NCBI GenBank assembly: GCA_964016885.1
Contig: OZ024763.1
Span: 10,292,001-10,356,000, forward strand
Length of the DNA: 64,000 bases
Reading direction: 5' to 3'
Source: Eledone cirrhosa
Lineage: Eukaryota
Shown here: positions 56,614-64,000 of the stretch, one piece after another
Position numbering within the stretch: position 1 is the stretch's first letter
Layout: each line of letters starts with the position of its first letter
Made by a program: the position numbers and the translations under genes
The notes under the pieces: generated by a model
Seen by the model: only the letters and a program-made list of their open reading frames with translations
What the model was told of the DNA's origin: nothing
Database searches by the model: none

Positions 56614-56780
56614 TCATCATCGTTTAACGTCCATCTTCCACGCTAGTATGGGTTAGACGAGAGTTGTCCCACTTGAGGCAAGGTTGGTCGGGTGACCATG
56701 TCTCGCTCATATATGACTGTTTCTGGCAGGTTTTCTATGGCTGGATGCCCTTCCTAACACCAGCCACATTTACAGTGTGG
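56611..56780 (-). mobile_element. RTE-tail/SINE 3' fragment inserted in a TA microsatellite
   Basis: (CAT)n..TTTAACGTCCATC..GCTGGATGCCCTTCCTAACACC, as in 42070-42235 reversed. Confidence 0.7.
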
Positions 56781-59131
56781 AATATATATACACACACACA
56801 TACACATAAGATAAAATGATATATAAAAAATGGTATATATCAATTGAGAAAAAATTAGTATTTTGTGCATATATAGTGAGCAAATAATATGTAAGAAAAT
56901 AAACCTACTTCAAGGTGGTAACAAGCCAACACTTCCCAATACAGATCTGTTTCATAAAATCCAAAGAATGGAGCAAACCATTGATCTAAGTAATCAGTAT
57001 CAATCACTACTTATTGATAATAAATACATACATATACATATATCACTGGATATCGATCTAAACCCTTACATATATCATCATCATCGTTTAACGTCTATAT
57101 TCCACGCTAGCCTGGGTTTTTATATATATATATATCTCAATCTAAACATTTACTGTTATTATTAACATATATATATACACATGTTTATATATATATACAC
57201 ATATACATTTACATATATGCATAAGTTTATATATATACATATGTTTATGTATATGTATCGTCATCATCGCTGTTTAACATCCATGTTTCCATGGATATAT
57301 ATATATATAGAGAGAGTAATATATGAGGTTATAGTGTAATAGTTCACTATTTTCATTGGTAAGATAAGTTAAGCTCAATGCCTCTTTTACCCTTCGTTCT
57401 TCAGGAGCGAACAGTTATAGTAGCAGAGCATTTATAGTAGCAGAGCATTTATAATTCAAATTCAAAATAAGATCAATTCAAAATAAGATAATTCAATAAG
57501 ATCAAGGATTAGTATTATTATTATCTATTTATACATCTATGGTTGTTTCAATTTCATCAATTGTGGAGAAAAAAACAGATATTATCAGTTAAGTTACTCC
57601 ATTATATGTGCTATACTCAAAACCATATCTCTTCAGGAAATACAATAAAAAAAATAACAATAAATTAATATCATAAGACAAATTATCAAGAATGATACAG
57701 GAGTGAAAGTGATGCGTATTCAAAAGAATGGAATTTATAAATGCAAAAGCATAAGCTTGTGTATATTTTTATACATGCAAAAATTATTAAAAATATGTTA
57801 AAGCTGTTAATTGGTTACAACAGGAGTTGTTAGAAAGGATGTTTTTATGAGATAAAATTGCAGTGCTTAATATTTTTAAAAACTTTTTATTGTAGAAAGA
57901 TTTGAAAATGTTTAGAAGATATTTTGTTAGTTAAAGAACCCATGCAAATGTGAAGTAAGATTGAATCAATACAGTAAAAAAATGTTTTCCAGAGATATAT
58001 ATATCCCTGAAAGTATATGTAGACATACCTATTATTTTTCTAATCATGTTTTAAAGAAAACATTACAAATAGGTTCAATTCATTTAAAATATTTTTCATA
58101 TGTATTCATTCAGAAGAGCATTATTAACCAGTTCTTTACGGTTCTTTATTTATATATTTTAATGGTGCTTATTAAGTATTTTGCTATATATATCAATAAA
58201 TTTTTTATATTTATTACAAAGAAAACATTTATGAAAAACAAGGGTTTGTTATGATTTAATATATAGTTAAGTTAAAACTATATTAATGTGTCAAGATATT
58301 GTTATTTACTGCTGTTATTTAATTTAGTTCCTTATTTAAATATCATTACAATGTGTGTCAATTATCATAATAAAATTCATATATTTTTTATAGTAATTAT
58401 TTAAGAAATATTAGTGTTTGTTTTGATGTAGCATATATTTAATTGAACTTAATTAATGCTTCTATGGATGAACTCAGAATGAACAGCAAACTTTAGACAA
58501 AGCTATAATGTTTCTTAGTATTTCAGTGGAGAGTGATTGGAATTTTCCTTTTATAAATATATACTAAACACCATATATATATATATATATATATATAATA
58601 ACTAGAAATTGATTAACATATAAATAAACATGAATAATCACAGGAGATAATTTTTACAAGTGTGTAACCACACATAGCTAGGTAGGTAACTAAATAAAGT
58701 TGACCAGAACTTCAAAAATAGATACCTTATAATATGATTAATCTGATTATATATATAAAGATATATATATATATAAAGGATGAACATACAGGAGGAATAT
58801 AAATAAAAAATATAAATAATATACATAAGAGGACATAAACATATCCACATAGCTGTTCATCTAATCCGATTCCTACAAAATGTTCTTAATGAGAACTCCA
58901 AATCTTTAGAAGACTGCAAAACCCACCTAGACCAGTTGTTGGCCCAGAAAGATGGGTGGATGGGATTGTGAAGTTGCCTCAAAGATGGTGAACAGTAGAA
59001 AAACAGAATGGAAAATATGTGGTCGAATAAAGATATGTACAACTATTTAAATACGGGTAATGAATTCCATTGAAAAATGCTATGAACTTTTGTTACAACC
59101 AAATATATACCCTCTTTTATATATATATATA

Positions 59132-60360
59132 TGAGGGTGGGGTGAAAAGTTCATAAGCTAAGTAAAATGGAGTGATGCTAGAACTCTGAAATCTTGCATG
59201 CATTAATTTCAACTCTTCTTATTAATAACTGCATTGTTTCTTTCCAGGTAAACTGACATCTGACTGTTCAAAGAAGACTTCAAAAGTAACTGGTAGCGAC
59301 TTCTCTTGAAAATAGACAACATTTGAAATCTTGGTGTTATCAATTACCTGCAGAAAAAGGGTTTAGCCCCCAAGGACATTCATGCAGACATGGTTGCTAC
59401 ATTAAGGGATGTTATTCCAGCTTTATCAAAAGTGCAAAAGTGGGCAGCTAAATCTAGAAAGGGAGGGAGAGTCTTGAAGATGACTCAGTGTCTGGACATC
59501 TTGCAACTGTCACCACCAAAGAAAACAATGATCGTGTTCACCACATGGTGATGGATGACAGGTGAGTTAAATCAAGTAGCCAATGCTATTAGCATATTCT
59601 GTGAGAGAGTTTAGAATATTCTGCACAATGAACTTGGCATGACAAAGGTGGGTGCCACATCTTCTGACACCTGATCAAAATCACACCAGGCTGATCACAT
59701 CACAGGAAAATCTGACATTGAGGCACATCCAGCTAGTTTCCTTGAATGTTTCCTAACCTAGGATGAGTGTTGGGTTCATCACTTTGAGCCAGAGACAGTC
59801 CATGCAGTGGAAACACACCTCCTCACTTGCACCAAGGAAGGCCAAGGTCGTTTCATCTGTAGAGAAGGTGATAGCCTCAATTGTTTTGGATACAAAAGGC
59901 ATTGTGTTTATCTTCAAAAGGGCCACACCATCAATGGAGATTACTATGTCAACTTGCCGAGGCCATTACAAAAGGCTATCAAGACCAAACATCCAGGACA
60001 AACTGACTAAAGGAGTCTTGTTTCACCAGGGCAATGCTCCAGCATACAAGTCCTTGGTTTCAATGGCTGCTGTGTGTGGCTGTTTCTTTGAACTGGTTGA
60101 TCACCCTCCCTATTCTCCTGATATGGCCCCATCTGACTATTATGTTCCCCAACATGAAAAAACGCTTGGGTGGGAACCAGTGTCACAGTGATGATGACAT
60201 ATCTGCTGTTGATGACTTTTTTTTACCAACAGGATAAAAGCCCTGCAACACTGATGGAAGAAGTGTGTGGACTGCAAGGGGGACTATGTTGAAAAATAAA
60301 CCTCATTTGGTCATATTCCATGAGAGTATCTTGGTCAGCCTATGAAACTTTCAACCAAAC

Positions 60361-60364
<4 letters not shown>
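59132..60364 (+). mobile_element. Full-length decayed mariner (irritans/Hsmar2-like TIRs), transposase pseudogene
   Basis: TGAGGGTGGGGTGAAAAGTTCATA..TATGAAACTTTCAACCAAACCTCA flanked by TA; remnant motifs WVPHLLT, DECWVH, HQGNAPAY, HPPYSPDMAPSDY. Confidence 0.92.
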
Positions 60365-60445
<81 letters not shown>

Positions 60446-60554
60446 ATATGTATATATATATACATGTATATATGTATATATATATAGATGTATATATGTA
60501 TCTATATATACATGATTATATGTATTTATATATACATGATTATTTACATATATA

Positions 60555-61380
60555 TCATTATCATCATTGTTTAAGCATCCAGTTTCCACACTAGCATGGG
60601 TTAGACAGGTTGCCCCATTAGAGGCCTGTTGAGTCAGGTGACCTTGTCTTGCTCATATAGAACTGTTTCTGGCTAGATTTCTATGGCTGGATGCCCTTCC
60701 TAATGTCAATCACATTTTGTTATGACACCTACACGACCACTTTACAGAGTGGGCTGGGTGCTTTTTGTCGTGACACCTACACGACCACCTTACAGAGTGG
60801 GCTGGGTGCTTTTTGTCGTGACACCAACACGACCACTTTACAGTGTGGGCTGGGTGCTTTTTGTCGTGACACCTACACGACCACTTTACAGTGTGGGCTG
60901 GATGTTTTTGTGATACCAACATAACTTTACAGAGTAAGGGTGGTGAGGACAGAAATGGGAGGGTGGATGTAGGGACGTGGGGGTGTATGAAAGGGAGTAT
61001 AGTGATTAAGAGGTGACTACTAGATGTATGTTTGAGTCTATGCGCATGGGAAGGTAGATCTTCTGTATTACTGCATAATGCCAAAGATCTCGATCCTGTG
61101 TCATTGTCTTTGAGAGGTGCAATTGCACAAGGTCAGCTTTTATCACCTCACTCCAGGTCTTCCTGAGTCATCCTACTCCATAGCTTCTATCAACTTTCAT
61201 CATCCTGCACCTTTTTATATAGTTGTCATCCTTCATACACATCACATGACCATACCAATGCAATCTCATCTCTAGCATACTGCATCTGATCCTTCTTATG
61301 CCTAATTTCTCTCAGTTCAATTACACTATGCCGTTCATGTATATTACTATTATACATCAATCAGAGCATGCATGTTTCAC
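60555..61380 (-). mobile_element. Decayed RTE 3' end with a 48-bp tandem repeat (~4 copies, 60722-60920)
   Basis: Homologous to 41530-42235; unit GTGACACCTACACGACCACTTTACAG(A/T)GTGGGCTGGGTGCTTTTTGTC. Confidence 0.8.
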
Positions 61381-61475
61381 ATGTATTTATATTTATATAT
61401 ACATATATGTATATTTATATATACATATATGTGAATGATCACGTTTGTTTATATTAAAGTGGTGATTGAAAATTT

Positions 61476-61727
61476 GAGAACTGAGAGGTTTCACCATATT
61501 TTGACTACAGAAAATACTCTTAACAGGGCATATAAGCTCCTATAATGGAAGAAATGAGCATCGGCATTTGTGGGAACCGAAGCCACAGCTCATTGTCCAG
61601 ATAAGTGTGCTAGACTGATTCCTACAATTGCAGATGCCCATTTTTTTCTGTTATAGAGGCTTATATTCCCTGATATTAGAGTATTTTCAGTCATGAAAAT
61701 ATGGTGAAAGCTCTAATTCAATTCTCA
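61476..61727. repeat. Imperfect ~250-bp foldback
   Basis: TTTCACCATATTTT..GAAAATACTCT..CAGGG..TATAAGC pairs with GCTTATA..CCCTG..AGAGTATTTTC..AAAATATGGTGAAA. Confidence 0.7.
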
Positions 61728-61784
61728 AAAACATATATATCTATATATCTGTATGTGTATATATATATATAAATATATATATAT

Positions 61785-62120
61785 ATAATATAAGATCAAA
61801 AGATGGTTAAAGGAGTTCCATATATTTTATTATGCGCATTTCAAAAACAAACATCATCATGCAATAATATTTGTGTTTTCATCAGATAAAACAGGAGAAC
61901 ATGATATGAAGGCTAAAAAACACTTGTGGATAGTGCAGTTTTAAATCAACATATGTTGATTTAAAACTGCACTATCCACAAGTGTTTTTTAGCCTTCATA
62001 TCATGTTCTCCTGTTTTATCTGATGAAAACACAAATATTATTGCATGATGATGTTTGTTTTTGAAATGCGCATAATAAAATATATGGAACTCCTTTAACC
62101 ATCTTTTGATCTTATATTAT
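61785..62120. repeat. Perfect spacerless 336-bp palindrome with an HHR in each arm
   Basis: 168-bp arms centred between 61952 and 61953 (CAT|ATG). Confidence 0.95.
62013..62081 (+). ncRNA. Type I hammerhead motif (mirror copy at 61824-61892 on minus)
   Basis: GTTTTAT-CTGATGA-long AU-rich stem II-GAAA-T(GCGC)ATA^ATAAAAT; palindromic stem III ATGCGCAT. Confidence 0.75.
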
Positions 62121-62298
62121 GCATACTCCAGTCCTACAAACTGTAGAGTGCTTCTTATCCGATATCTGCATTGCTTTATTGTACTACAATAAAACTCACC
62201 TCCTATATATATATATATATAAAGAAAACATGTATATTTAGAAAACATTGAGTGGAATTTGAAAATAGAAGATCTCGCCGTAATTTTGACTAAGTGTA

Positions 62299-62497
62299 AC
62301 AGTCTAATAATAATTGTTTCTACTTTTGGCACAAGGCCAGCAATTACCCAGTACATTACTGGTACTTTATTTTATCGACCCCGTAAGGATGAAAGGCAAA
62401 GTTAACCTCAGCACGATTTGAACTCAGAATGGCAAGGGCCGTAACTATGCGTCAAAGCAAGGCATCCGACCCTCTACCAATACAGTCTAATAATAAT
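62299..62497 (-). mobile_element. SINE family B with 16-bp target-site duplication ACAGTCTAATAATAAT
   Basis: Direct repeats at 62299-62314 and 62482-62497. Confidence 0.88.
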
Positions 62498-62918
62498 GGT
62501 GAGTAAAAGATGGGCATCAGCACACATGGGGGTCAAACACACACCACTTGTTTGTGCATCACCATGGGTTCATTGGCGTAAATGGTAGCACACTTGTCCG
62601 GCAAACAAGAGGTGGGCTGATGCCCATCTTTTTCCATTATATGGTCTTATATGTCCCGTTATCAGTAGACTATTTTATTTAGTCAAAATTATATATGTGG
62701 GTGTGTGTGTCACCGTTTTTAAGTTGGAGGCATATATATATATAAGTTGGAGGCATATATACACACACACATACATACATTCTCGCAGGCAGCAGTTGTA
62801 AAGAGAGAGGAGTAGTATGAGGTAGTCAAACTACTCCTCTCTCTTTTTATGTGTTGAGACAGAATTGCAGAAATTTATATATATATATATATAATCTCAG
62901 GAATTTTACCTGCCCTAG

Positions 62919-62960
<42 letters not shown>

Positions 62961-63531
62961 CTATATATACACACTTATATAGACAGAAAAAGAGAGATAG
63001 AAGTTACTAGTGAAGTGCTGTGTTGATACTTAGCTGGACAGTGGGTAGTGTGGCTGTAACGAAGAGAGTAAGAAGCATCCTGGACAAAAACAGTGAAGAA
63101 GGAAATGTGACATTCTATATAACATATAACAGGCAATGATGGTGGTTAAGTGAGACTGGTGAAAGCTAAGGTTAAAGGTTAGAGATTAGTGCAGACTGGT
63201 ATAATGAAAGCTAGCCAAGGTCAAACGTTAGAGGTTAGATATTCAAAAGTGTAGCCAAATACATATACCAGTGGTCTGTAGGGAGGCAGAGATCGATATC
63301 TGACCCCCCTATAACTGGGGGGGGGGGGGGGATCTGTTCAAAATTCCATGTGCATTGCTGAAACCATAATATTAACCAGTAATGGGGAACCATTGTTTGT
63401 GATTGTTATACTTGCTGTATAGCAATCCAGGCTGGACAGAATGTTAGTTAAGCATCCATGTAGATAGTTGAGGGCCCTGGGAGTTAGGTTCTAGCACATA
63501 TCTATACTAGTGACTATCTATTCTTCTTTAA

Positions 63532-63745
63532 CCCTTTAGCATTTAAACAAGCCGTATCTGGCCAGAATTATCTCACCTCTTTCTCTTCAAACCGGCAGTA
63601 ACCAGTCACTCATGCTGATGTTAAAGTATTGTTCTCAAAATAAATATAAAAATCTCATAGATTCAATATTATGTGAGATAATTATGAGGTAAAACCTTTA
63701 CCATGAAAGTATAAGTTTAAAAGGAGTAATGTAAATGCTAAAGGG
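63532..63745. mobile_element. piggyBac-like MITE, 214-bp unexpanded form, opposite orientation to 55337-55957
   Basis: Same TIRs and TTAA flanks; a single copy of the unit that is tandemly repeated in the other element. Confidence 0.85.
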
Positions 63746-63914
63746 TTAAGTATGAAGATTTCTCTCTTTTAATTGTGATTCAGACAGTATGAACAATGTG
63801 GAAGGTTGTGGGTGGGGCAATTATAGGGAGAGTCCTTCAACTTCAGGGGGTCTACAAAGGCATTACTAAGGGGTCCGCCACGAGCTAACATCTTTGTTAA
63901 CATCTGTTTGACTT

Positions 63915-64000
63915 AACTTGGTCAGAATATTGATCTCCTGGAAACTGTTGAGAGACGTGCAACCAAACAAATACCCTCCATCAGGCATCTACCATACTTT
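63915..64000 (+). mobile_element. CR1/Jockey-type LINE RT C-terminal fragment
   Basis: NIDLLETVERRATKQIPSIRHLPY. Confidence 0.7.

Overview
AT-rich eukaryotic DNA, most likely octopus (inferred from TA/TACA microsatellites and octopus-type SINEs and RTE LINEs). Positions 1-4057 are a mosaic of a degenerate 10-11-bp-subunit satellite, an inversion and a short block of a 61-bp satellite, followed by a 200-N gap. Positions 4258-31282 are a ~27-kb homogeneous array of the 61-bp satellite with nested kb-scale duplications. Positions 31283-64000 are TE-dense: a Penelope-like element (PLE), RTE, R4/Dong, Vingi-like and CR1-like LINEs, two mariners, piggyBac-like MITEs and three SINE families. The only host gene I can support is the last three coding exons of a Rabaptin-5 (RABEP1-like) FYVE protein on the minus strand. 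Main observations: (1) a cluster of minimal type I hammerhead ribozyme (HHR) motifs, mostly in inverted-repeat or palindromic units; (2) the 61-bp monomer matches the cleavage-site and 3' flank of one of these HHR units, suggesting the satellite arose from a PLE/retrozyme end; (3) two further cases of tandem repeats arising from TE termini; (4) RTE LINEs with a PHD-type finger inside the RT region. All alignments and folds were done by eye, with no database searches.
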